Shown here piece by piece: positions 28,081 through 36,336 of a DNA stretch of 52,178 nt. Origin of the DNA: a virus (taxonomy: Duplodnaviria; Caudoviricetes); IMG/VR virus record IMGVR_UViG_3300014168_000005, positions 1-52,178 of that record; one strand, written 5' to 3'. Made by a program: the position numbers and the translations under genes. A model generated the notes under the pieces. The model made no database searches. It was not told the DNA's origin and saw only the letters and a list, made by a program, of their open reading frames with translations. The stretch's first letter is position 1. The number at the start of each line of letters is the position of its first letter.

Positions 28081-29939
28081 TTATAGCCAGTGCAATTGAA
28101 ACTGACCACATCGTTGGCATTGACGGTACCGGCCATGGTCGCGGTTGTCGTCGCGTGCCCACTCTGCCTCAGGGTATTGGCCGTGGTCTCGTCGCTGAAC
28201 GAGCACGACCAGCCGTGGCCCGCTGTCGGCAGATTGACAATCTGCGTCGAGGCGCCGGTGGTGCCGGTACAGGTAAACGCACCGGCAGCGGTGCCTCCTG
28301 TCAGCGTGCTCGTCGTGGCGCAGGCGCCAGTTCCCGTGCCGAGCGTGAACGTGGTGCCGGCATCGATCAGGTAGCTGACGGTCGTCGCGGCAATCAGCTG
28401 GTTTGAGCTGTTTGAGCCCAACACGGAGGCACTCGTAGGAACAGCAGCGCCGTTGACCTTTCCAACCGTGGTGGCGAGGCTGCCGGCAGTGTTGGTGACA
28501 TCGCCAGTGAGCGCCGGCATGGCTGCTGTCGGGAGGGTCGTGGCGCCTGAGACCGCCGTGCCGCTGCTCGAATAGACGGCGACCTGGTTGGTCGTGCCGG
28601 AGTTGACCGTACCGGATCCGCTGCCCGATACCAGCGCCGTACCGGTGGCCACATAGTTGCCGCTGGCGGCCGTAATATTGGCGCTTCGAGACCCAGCAAC
28701 CGACAACGTCGATCCACTGTTGATCGTGCTCGTCGTCGGCGTGACGGTGACAGTGCCGGTTCCGGCCGCGATCACATCCACATTGCAAGCAGCAAAACTG
28801 CTCGTCGCTTGCGGAAGGGTAACCGCCACGGCACTGGAGCTCGTGTACTGGACACCGTTCGCGCAGTCGCTCGACAGGATCGTGTCGGTCGTGCCCGAGA
28901 CAGTCCGTATGCTGTAGCTCGCACCCAGACCCGAACTCGTCAGCGAAAGACCGCCCAGGATCGGGATCGCAGCATTCCCGCTACCGCTGTTGCCGAGCAA
29001 GTCACCGCTGGTGATTGTCGAGAGACCGCTCAGCGGGAGGCCGGTGGCGTTGGTCAGCGTCAACGCGCTCGGTGTACCCAACGCCGGCGTAACCAGGGTC
29101 GGCGAGGTTGCCAGCACATTGCTACCGGAGCCCGTTGTCGTCGCGCTGATGAGCTGGCCCGACGAGTTCGAGCCGAGCACTGCAGCACTCACCGGTACCG
29201 AGCCACCGTTGACGCCGGTCGTATTGGTGGCCGCGATGGTGCCACTGCCGGTGACCGTCAGGCTGGCGCCGGTTCCAACGACCATGGCAGCCGCCGTGTT
29301 CGTGCCACCCGTGAGCGCACTGAAGGCAGAACTGCCGCCGCCGGCGCCGCAGTCTGAACCGGTCCCGGACAGAATGCCTGCGCTGTTCGCGTGGACGCAC
29401 TGTGTTGAGCCAGTGATGTTGCTGGTCAGCGCACCACTGAGCGACAGGGACGTGGCTGAAGCAGCTCCCAGAGTCGGCGCGACCAGCGTGGGCGCCGAGG
29501 CTAGCACGACACTACCGGTGCCGGTGGTGGTCGCACTGATGAGTTGATTCGAAGAGTTCGAACCGAGGACCGCAGCACTCGTCGGCACGGAGATGTTCGT
29601 GCAGGTGACGAGCGTTGCGGCGCCACTCAGGCAGTGGCTGGCGTCGGACGTACCCGAAAAAAGTCCAATGACATCAGCCGCGGCTGCCGTAGTCAGCGCG
29701 TTCGGAACACTTCCGGCGCCCTTGAGCAGGCCGGTGGCACCGAACATGCCGTAGAGCTGCGCCTCGTTGGCGTTGACCTTGCCATACGCCTTCCACAGTG
29801 GGTCGCCAGTCCCCGTGTTTGTGGGACCGGTCGTGGAATTACAGGCCGTGCTCGAAGAGCAGAGGATAGATTGCTGCTGGGCCCATGCGCCGATCGGCGC
29901 TGCGAGCAACACCGCGGCGAGGACGAGCTTTTTGATCAT
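28077..29939 (-). CDS. Fibre protein with a signal peptide and internal repeats
   Basis: MIKKLVLAAVLLAAPIGAWA-QQ; TGTGDPLWKAYGKVNANEAQLY; three VPxSAxVLGSNSSxQLI repeats; 12 Cys. Confidence 0.75.
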   Translation of the reverse strand: MIKKLVLAAVLLAAPIGAWAQQQSILCSSSTACNSTTGPTNTGTGDPLWKAYGKVNANEAQLYGMFGATGLLKGAGSVPNALTTAAAADVIGLFSGTSDASHCLSGAATLVTCTNISVPTSAAVLGSNSSNQLISATTTGTGSVVLASAPTLVAPTLGAASATSLSLSGALTSNITGSTQCVHANSAGILSGTGSDCGAGGGSSAFSALTGGTNTAAAMVVGTGASLTVTGSGTIAATNTTGVNGGSVPVSAAVLGSNSSGQLISATTTGSGSNVLATSPTLVTPALGTPSALTLTNATGLPLSGLSTITSGDLLGNSGSGNAAIPILGGLSLTSSGLGASYSIRTVSGTTDTILSSDCANGVQYTSSSAVAVTLPQATSSFAACNVDVIAAGTGTVTVTPTTSTINSGSTLSVAGSRSANITAASGNYVATGTALVSGSGSGTVNSGTTNQVAVYSSSGTAVSGATTLPTAAMPALTGDVTNTAGSLATTVGKVNGAAVPTSASVLGSNSSNQLIAATTVSYLIDAGTTFTLGTGTGACATTSTLTGGTAAGAFTCTGTTGASTQIVNLPTAGHGWSCSFSDETTANTLRQSGHATTTATMAGTVNANDVVSFNCTGYK

Positions 29940-29942
29940 GGC

Positions 29943-30317
29943 TTATGAGGGCCTGTTGCCTTGAGGATAGTTGGGCCAATACAGCCCGTCGGGACTCTTC
30001 TTCTGCACGGAAAAGAACACTTTGGAGGGGCGGTACGGTTTCGCCTGGCCTATCGAGCCCGTGGCCGAGCTGTCGATCTGACCGATACCGGCCAGGCCCG
30101 AAGGCGTTCCGCCATCCGCCGTGACGAGGCCGCTATCGGCGGTCAGAGATCCCGAGTCAGCGGTAAATGCATTGCCGGCATCGGCGGTGACCAATCCACT
30201 GTCGGCTGTAACCGTCCCGCTATCTGCGGTGACTGTCGCAATCGGGTTACCGGAGTCGGCAGTCTGGGGAGCACTGTCGGCAGTGATCGATCCGCTGTCA
30301 GCGCTGGTGCCGGCCAC
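29943..30317 (-). CDS. TADSG-repeat adaptor-like protein
   Basis: Nine (T/S)AD repeats in three triplets; C-terminal DGLYW motif. Confidence 0.65.
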   Translation of the reverse strand: MAGTSADSGSITADSAPQTADSGNPIATVTADSGTVTADSGLVTADAGNAFTADSGSLTADSGLVTADGGTPSGLAGIGQIDSSATGSIGQAKPYRPSKVFFSVQKKSPDGLYWPNYPQGNRPS

Positions 30318-30340
30318 GAAGCGTCATTGCCCGCCAGGGC

Positions 30341-30565
30341 TCACGTGCCCTGATTGGCCCGAGCCGCATCCACGGCTGCCTGTGCCTGCTCGATCGAGAC
30401 ATCCAGGTCAGACAGAGCCAACTGCGTGAGGTCGACGACGTCGCTGCCTGACTTGCCCGCATTCTTCGCTACGGCCGCGTAGTTGGTAAACGCAGCGCCG
30501 AGCGCTTCGAGCTGATCAACTGTCAGCGGCGCGGTGGGATCTTTGCTCACAGGTGATGGAGGCAC
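30341..30565 (-). CDS. Small Ala-rich helical protein
   Basis: 74-aa ORF overlapping the upstream gene end. Confidence 0.5.
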   Translation of the reverse strand: MPPSPVSKDPTAPLTVDQLEALGAAFTNYAAVAKNAGKSGSDVVDLTQLALSDLDVSIEQAQAAVDAARANQGT

Positions 30566-31152
30566 TTGAGGATCTCCTGGTCGTTGAGGTTGAGGCAGGC
30601 TTTGACGCTCTCGGCTTTCGCCTGATCGGCGGTTGCCTGTGCTGTGGCCGTGTCACCGGTGCATTTGCCGGTGTGGCCGTTCTGAGCGCATTCCGCGTTG
30701 GCCTCCTTGACGAGGTCTCGAACCTTCACGGCCCCGTTGATCATCGTCTGCGCCTCGTCCGGAGTGAGCGTCCCGTCGTGAAGCATCTGCGGGATGTGCT
30801 TCAGCGATGCCGCAGCGAGCGTCGCAAGCGGTGCTGTACCCCATTCGAACGAGCCGAACGTGGACAGGGTACCGATGGCGATGACCTCGGCTTTTGCGTT
30901 ACCGGCCAGGGTCACCGCGTCATACTCGCGCGAGATCGGCTGCACCTTGCGGGGAGGCGTCGGCTTCGAGCAGCCACTGCACAGCGCGACACCGACGAGA
31001 ATCGACAGACCCACGAGTACGAAGCCGAAGTTCAGCATCCTCGCTCTGAGGCCGGTGTACCGCTCCGCTGCCCAGATGCCGAACAACGCTGCCAGCATTA
31101 GCAAGACCAAAACCACCGGCACATACCATGGCTGTTGGATGAGTAGATTCAT
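30547..31152 (-). CDS. Membrane protein / putative lipoprotein
   Basis: Two hydrophobic segments then a lipobox-like VALCSGC; GGAG RBS. Confidence 0.6.
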   Translation of the reverse strand: MNLLIQQPWYVPVVLVLLMLAALFGIWAAERYTGLRARMLNFGFVLVGLSILVGVALCSGCSKPTPPRKVQPISREYDAVTLAGNAKAEVIAIGTLSTFGSFEWGTAPLATLAAASLKHIPQMLHDGTLTPDEAQTMINGAVKVRDLVKEANAECAQNGHTGKCTGDTATAQATADQAKAESVKACLNLNDQEILKCLHHL

Positions 31153-31173
31153 GGCGTGCTCCGTTGAGACGGG

Positions 31174-31872
31174 TTAGGCGGTGACGGCTTCAGTGGACTC
31201 GGTCTGTTCGCCGAGCTCGCGGACGTACCGGTTCCAGTCGGGCTGACCGTTGTCGCCGATTGTGATCGTCAGGGCACCGGCGGCAAAAGAAGGCGCGCTA
31301 TCTCCGGAATTTACGGTTTTCGGGGTTGTGAGGGGTGCGTAGATGAGCTCGTTGCCGCCCGAACTCGAATCGTACAAACAAAACCCGGTGATCGAGCCCC
31401 AAGTGGCAGTAGGTGCCGCGTAGGTGATCGCGTTGTTGTTGGAGGTGGTGCCCGATGAGCCGGTCGCGTTGCTCGATGCGGCTGTCGTGCCTGCACCCTG
31501 CGTGCCAGCCCAGTTAGCGAGGGAACTCGTAATACCTGGCCGCACATACGACCCACCAGACACCTCGCCACTACAACTCTGTGCGTTGATCGTGCCGGTA
31601 TAGAGGCCAACGTAGACCGTGCCTGGCGTCAGTGCGGTCTGAGCGCGAAACGTGGCGTCAATTACTTTGTTTTGGAAGTAATTGCTGGTCGCGGCGGCTT
31701 CAGCCTCAGGCGCGACTGCATTCAACAGATTGGTAGCGAGGTTGTGTTCGGCTGTCTGCGCAACCGTCAGGTGTTGCGTATGCACGCCGTGAAGATCCGA
31801 CTGCGGCGTAACGGATGCGAGCATCACCAAGGCGGCAAGCAATGCCAGCCCAAATCGCTTGAACGACTTCAT
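31174..31872 (-). CDS. Small phage fibre-coat-like beta protein with a signal peptide
   Basis: GAGGA RBS before ATG at 31872; MKSFKRFGLALLAALVMLA; mature part YVGLYT...EVSGGSYVR...WGSITGF.LYDSSSGGN.L...FAAGALTI, a pattern recalled from phage virion proteins. Confidence 0.65.
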   Translation of the reverse strand: MKSFKRFGLALLAALVMLASVTPQSDLHGVHTQHLTVAQTAEHNLATNLLNAVAPEAEAAATSNYFQNKVIDATFRAQTALTPGTVYVGLYTGTINAQSCSGEVSGGSYVRPGITSSLANWAGTQGAGTTAASSNATGSSGTTSNNNAITYAAPTATWGSITGFCLYDSSSGGNELIYAPLTTPKTVNSGDSAPSFAAGALTITIGDNGQPDWNRYVRELGEQTESTEAVTA

Positions 31873-31926
31873 GGAAAGTCCTCGGAGGGAGAGTTGGAAC
31901 GGAAACGGAACGCACAAACAGCTTCG

Positions 31927-31952
31927 CCCCTCCGGAATCTCTTCCGGAAGGG
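31927..31952 (-). other. 11-bp RNA hairpin with a GAGA tetraloop in the cassette leader
   Basis: CCCUUCCGGAA-GAGA-UUCCGGAGGGG with one G-U pair. Confidence 0.6.
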
Positions 31953-32087
31953 TGTCAGCCGTTCGTATCGCAGGGTTGTGAGGTAACTAAGCCAAGGTCC
32001 CCTGATCGGGGAAGATCTGATCTGTGTTACACGATGTCAGACTTTTGGCGTAGTGTTGAATTAATTTACGGAACCAACGTGAAGCGA

Positions 32088-32117
32088 AACCTACTCTCGC
32101 TCTCGCGGGTTTGTCAA
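32088..32117 (-). promoter_or_regulatory. Putative sigma70 promoter for the fibre cassette
   Basis: TTGACA-N18-TAGGTT directly after the terL stop. Confidence 0.5.
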
Positions 32118-32120
32118 CTG

Positions 32121-33710
32121 TCAGAAACCGTCGGAATTACCGAGGGCGAGCGCGGTGCCATAAGTGAAGGTGTCCAGAAGATCGTCTTTCTTCTGGTCCT
32201 TGATACCTGGCCGAAAACTCAGGATCTGCGAGAGCAGATGGTTTTTCGTCACGCTCTTGTAGTTGACGACGCGGCTGTGAGCACGCTCCGACATTTTGAC
32301 CTTGCCCTGGTGGACGTGGCCGCTGATGTTGAGAGCGCGCTCGACCTTTCCCATGGCCGTGAGCTTCGAATCAATCGCCGTCGCCACCCAGTTGGGATGG
32401 GCAGTCACCCAATCCTGGTGTTGCGTCTGCTGCAACAGAACGGTGCCAGAAACCTTGTCCTCGATGTGCGCGCCGGCGCTGCCCATGTAAGCACGACACT
32501 CGGCCGCCAGCGCTTCGAGGTATTGGTACACGTTCGGCAGCCAGGTCACCAGCATGCCACCCTCAATCTGGGTGTAATCCCAGTCGAGGATCGTCAACTC
32601 GGCCGCCGTGCCCATCTTGCAGATGGCGAAGTAAGTGACCGCGAGCCCGTCGTGCTCCTGGCCGGTCTTCAGTGCTGAGTCGATGACGGCAAACACCGCC
32701 TGAATGCCCATCGTCGGGAACTCTGCAGGCCTGCCTTCGACGAGCAGCGATTCCTCAGTGAAGAACGCGCCGCCCTTGCTGTAGTCAACATCGTACTCGC
32801 GGCGGAAGATCTCGGGCGCGACTTCTGCCCGCTTCTTCTTTTCCCACTCTGCATCACGCCGCGGATCATCGCGGAAGTGGAAGGTGAAGACCTGCCGCGG
32901 GTTCAACCGCTCGCGGTTGTTGACAAAAGTGTTGTCGTCGACCACCACGGGTGGCGTCGAGATGTCGATACGACAGTTAGTCGTGTCCGACAACGACGAT
33001 TCCGCTAGCTCGGGATGCTCGAGGAAAGCGGCCTCGTCAACGAAGTACAACGACGTCCTATCGCCGCGGCCGATGCCATCACCGGATTCGCCGGTCATGG
33101 CGGAGTCCTGAGGAAACAGCAGCCGCATCTCGCGGGAGTGCTTCTTCAGGTTCCAGCCGAATCGAAACTCCGGCGGCAGGTTCTCGAGGAACATGCGCGC
33201 CTTGAAGAACAACGCCTTCGGGTTGCCGAGTTCGTCGACGTACGGTGCCGTTCGCGAGCCGAAGCCCACCGTGAGCCCACGGTTGAACAAACACATCGTC
33301 GCTGACAGCGACACTGCCATCCAAGACGCGCCGGATCCGCGTGACTTGTCCGTCAGCCCGCGCTCACGCGCCCGCCAGCGCGCCAGCACCCACCGCATCC
33401 ACGCGATCTGCCGCGGAAACGGCACAAACGGAATCTTGGACGGTAGCCGGATCTCGACGTTGCGGGGGTCAAAGGTGACACCCCAATCGGCTACGAATTG
33501 GACTGGATTGTCCTGGTAGAACCGGCACAGATCATCCACGGCCCCCGGCTTCTTGCGGATGCGGAGCAGGAAGTCGACCCGCCACTTCGCAACAGCAACA
33601 TAGTCGGGCTGGCGATAGTTGAATTCGTACGGGATACGGACCGGGAGGTCCGCCTCATACGGAATCGCCGCCGCCAGCTCGTCACGGATTGTTTGCGGCT
33701 CTGCGGCCAC
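32121..33710 (-). CDS. terL: Terminase large subunit
   Basis: Q-motif PFPRQ, Walker A KSRGSGAS, Walker B YFVDEAA, coupling motif IST, nuclease motifs IDSA and DDLLD. Confidence 0.9.
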   Translation of the reverse strand: MAAEPQTIRDELAAAIPYEADLPVRIPYEFNYRQPDYVAVAKWRVDFLLRIRKKPGAVDDLCRFYQDNPVQFVADWGVTFDPRNVEIRLPSKIPFVPFPRQIAWMRWVLARWRARERGLTDKSRGSGASWMAVSLSATMCLFNRGLTVGFGSRTAPYVDELGNPKALFFKARMFLENLPPEFRFGWNLKKHSREMRLLFPQDSAMTGESGDGIGRGDRTSLYFVDEAAFLEHPELAESSLSDTTNCRIDISTPPVVVDDNTFVNNRERLNPRQVFTFHFRDDPRRDAEWEKKKRAEVAPEIFRREYDVDYSKGGAFFTEESLLVEGRPAEFPTMGIQAVFAVIDSALKTGQEHDGLAVTYFAICKMGTAAELTILDWDYTQIEGGMLVTWLPNVYQYLEALAAECRAYMGSAGAHIEDKVSGTVLLQQTQHQDWVTAHPNWVATAIDSKLTAMGKVERALNISGHVHQGKVKMSERAHSRVVNYKSVTKNHLLSQILSFRPGIKDQKKDDLLDTFTYGTALALGNSDGF

Positions 33711-33716
33711 AGCGCA

Positions 33717-34298
33717 TCAGCCCTTCTTCTCGGGCTCTCCGGCGACGAGCTCACTGTACGTCGCCATGGCATCGTTGGGATCGATCGTCTGAGCCAGCTT
33801 CTCGCTGGCCCGGTGCGCGTGCTCCACCGGCCCACCGCCAGGCGCCGACAGGGTATGCGCGTGCTGTTCGACGAACAGCTTATGATGCTTGCCGAGCAGC
33901 TCCGCCGCCTTCAGGGCATTTTTTGCATCGAAGGTGTACGCGGGGACGATCTTCGTTTTGCCGTCGGGGCCCTCGACTTCGATCTCCACCTGGCGACCGA
34001 ATCGGTCAATCACAGGCTCGGCCTGGCGGCACCGTCGGAGCGTGTCCCAGATCACGTCCAGCACCTCGGCTGCTGTGCCACCCGCGACCTTGATGGCCAG
34101 CCGCTCGCGCTCCGCAATCGCTTGTGCGACTTTGGGCTTACGTCGTAGCTTGCCGCCGGCGAGATCCGGGCGTTTGCCCGTATAGCCGGCCTTCTGGATG
34201 GCCTTTGTGGCGATGCCGGTTTCTATCCAAGCATCGACAAACATCTTGTGCCGCCAGTTGAGGCGGTCGTAAACGGGGGTTTCAGAGAACGACGGCAT
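33717..34298 (-). CDS. terS: Terminase small subunit
   Basis: ATKAIQKAGY HTH; ALKAAELLGKHHKLF; upstream of terL. Confidence 0.85.
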   Translation of the reverse strand: MPSFSETPVYDRLNWRHKMFVDAWIETGIATKAIQKAGYTGKRPDLAGGKLRRKPKVAQAIAERERLAIKVAGGTAAEVLDVIWDTLRRCRQAEPVIDRFGRQVEIEVEGPDGKTKIVPAYTFDAKNALKAAELLGKHHKLFVEQHAHTLSAPGGGPVEHAHRASEKLAQTIDPNDAMATYSELVAGEPEKKG

Positions 34299-34454
34299 AC
34301 CGTGCGTACAGGCACGGCGACGAGGCCGAGGTCTGTATCTCCTGATAGATCAACGAGTTGGATTGGGCTGCACTGACGCCAGAGACACTTGTGCCGCGGT
34401 GGGGAACAAGCGGCGTCTTCTGGATCGCGGCGTCAGATTGTGCGGACGGTGCGG

Positions 34455-34484
34455 AATGTAGGAGAAGTCCGACAGTACTGTCAA
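34455..34484 (-). promoter_or_regulatory. Putative late promoter
   Basis: TTGACA-N18-TACATT upstream of terS; 12-bp palindrome GACAGTACTGTC at 34471-34482. Confidence 0.55.
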
Positions 34485-34545
34485 GTCAGCCGCGACGATC
34501 GACCGCATTCGAGTCGCGCGACACGGGGCCCTTTCGGTTTCAAGT

Positions 34546-35280
34546 TCATCGACATAACCGATCCATCTCGTCGAGCATTTCTATGATTTCGGCGATCTTC
34601 GCCTTTACCAACTTGCGCTCATCTGGAGCTAACTGTCCAAAAGCCTCAAGCGGGATTCCGTGGAGTCGTGTATGCGCCTTTACAAGGCCAGAAGAGGGAG
34701 TCCCTTGCCCCATAATCGAATTGTATGCGGCGGATTTTTGACGCCAGCGAGTTTGAGGTCGATTGTCAACTGGAGGTAACTTTGCCGCCACCAAGTCGAT
34801 GGCTTTAGTCTTCTGTACCGCGTCGTACACCGCATCGCGCGGAGCAGATGCGATCCTCACCATGCAGCGTACTTTGCTTCGCGTAAGGCCAACTTCCTTG
34901 GCAACGAGAGTCCTTGGACTAGGAGTTGCGCCCCCAGCGCCTTGCTCCACTATGGATTTTCCCTTACTAAACGTCCGGAAATTCGCTGTGCCCTTGTAAC
35001 CGCGCAGTAGTTCACCGCCTTTCCTCCACGCGTCGGCCACCATCTCATTGGCGCTCCGAACCAATTCCGGCGCCACATGTTTGATGACTCGCACGGCGGC
35101 GGCCAATCCTTGCGCCTGATTTTCATACCGCAATAATTCCGGCAGACTCTCGCACTGCTCGATTGCGCGACGGGCTGCCTCGATTTTAACTGGCAGCGTG
35201 GCATCACGAACATCCGCTTCAGTGACGGTCGTGGGCAGCGCCGCAAATTTCGGAGCGGTGTAGCTAATCACCGCTTTCAT
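34546..35280 (-). CDS. Hypothetical protein
   Basis: GGAGGT RBS before ATG at 35280; helical N-terminus; visibly more AT-rich than its neighbours. Confidence 0.6.
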   Translation of the reverse strand: MKAVISYTAPKFAALPTTVTEADVRDATLPVKIEAARRAIEQCESLPELLRYENQAQGLAAAVRVIKHVAPELVRSANEMVADAWRKGGELLRGYKGTANFRTFSKGKSIVEQGAGGATPSPRTLVAKEVGLTRSKVRCMVRIASAPRDAVYDAVQKTKAIDLVAAKLPPVDNRPQTRWRQKSAAYNSIMGQGTPSSGLVKAHTRLHGIPLEAFGQLAPDERKLVKAKIAEIIEMLDEMDRLCR

Positions 35281-35629
35281 TGGACACCTCCAACTCATGT
35301 AACTCAACGCGCCGGATCTCGCGCCCATGGGCACCGTGCTCGGTGATCCCAACCACGGTATCCGGGTGCGCGGTCAGCATCTCGTGCTGCTTCGCGAGCG
35401 CCTCCTCCTGCGTCGCGAACGCGTGATACTTCAGGCCATCGCTGTGTCCGTGCGCTTTGATCCCGTGAATAACAAATCCCTCGGGATGGTTGTCCGGATC
35501 GTACCTCTCGCACGGTGGATGCGGATGGGGCGTCCGCGGGATGCACGGCCCCTCGTGACCCCGCGCCAGGATGCACCCGCCTTTGGTCGCCGCTAACCCC
35601 GATTCGCAACTCGACTCAGCGTTGCCCAT
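35264..35629 (-). CDS. Hypothetical protein with a CILARGHEGPC motif
   Basis: ATG 2 nt after the upstream stop; Cys/His motif. Confidence 0.5.
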   Translation of the reverse strand: MGNAESSCESGLAATKGGCILARGHEGPCIPRTPHPHPPCERYDPDNHPEGFVIHGIKAHGHSDGLKYHAFATQEEALAKQHEMLTAHPDTVVGITEHGAHGREIRRVELHELEVSNESGD

Positions 35630-35631
35630 CG

Positions 35632-36336
35632 CTAATCCTCCGAATCGCCGTTGATCCGCCGCTGAATCATCCGTAGCCCCGAGGCGTGCCAAACCGCGTA
35701 CTTGCCCTGGAGCGTCCGGAATCGCTCCTCAAGCTTCTGCTCCCACGTCACATCCTCAATTCCCAAGTAGATCGCGAAGAGCGCCGGCGCGGCGGTAAAT
35801 GCAGGCCGAAAACTAACCTCATCCAGAACCAACATGCACAGCGGTTCCAGGTACAACACCTCGGGCCGTGTTTCCGGGGCGATGCGCACGTTGCTTTTCG
35901 GATCACGCCGAACCGGTTCTCGCCGCGCCGGCACCGTCGCTTCCCAGTTGTGCTCGGTCGCTTCTTTGTTCGCGTGATAGCGCAGGCCACACAGCAGCGT
36001 GCGGATGGTCAGCGGCGTGCGATCGTTGGCGATGGTGTGTTGAGCGGCTGCCCAGTGCAGACCCTTCACGCCGACTGCGGCTATCCCCAGCTCCGCGTGC
36101 GAGTAAGCAGCAGGCTTTGCCACGCGCGAGCCGCGGCCCTTGGCAGTGTCGGGCGCTTCGACGAGCGCCTTCTTGCGGCTTTCCTCGGTGACGCCGGTGG
36201 CGATCTCCACCCACTGCTTTCGACGCTTGGCAGCCACACCCACGGCTTTGTTGGCGCTGCCGGCGACGTGGATGAAGTCGATTCCGTGGGCGCAAGCGAG
36301 TTGGATCAGATCAGATGCGTGCATGTTAATCCTCAA
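35632..36336 (-). CDS. Hypothetical protein, possibly a late regulator (Q-like position)
   Basis: 234 aa near the end of the early-right operon; function inferred from position only. Confidence 0.45.
   Translation of the reverse strand: MRINMHASDLIQLACAHGIDFIHVAGSANKAVGVAAKRRKQWVEIATGVTEESRKKALVEAPDTAKGRGSRVAKPAAYSHAELGIAAVGVKGLHWAAAQHTIANDRTPLTIRTLLCGLRYHANKEATEHNWEATVPARREPVRRDPKSNVRIAPETRPEVLYLEPLCMLVLDEVSFRPAFTAAPALFAIYLGIEDVTWEQKLEERFRTLQGKYAVWHASGLRMIQRRINGDSED

Noticed and set aside
28077-29939. Diversity-generating retroelement TR/VR pair in the fibre repeats
   Set aside because: No reverse transcriptase in the window; the copies differ like ordinary diverged in-frame duplicates
29943-30317. 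Ice-nucleation or antifreeze protein
   Set aside because: Seven-residue period, only nine copies, no AGYGST octapeptides
34333-34348. LexA-box-like CTGTATCTCCTGATAG
   Set aside because: Mismatch in the essential CAG half-site, and it sits in a late leader
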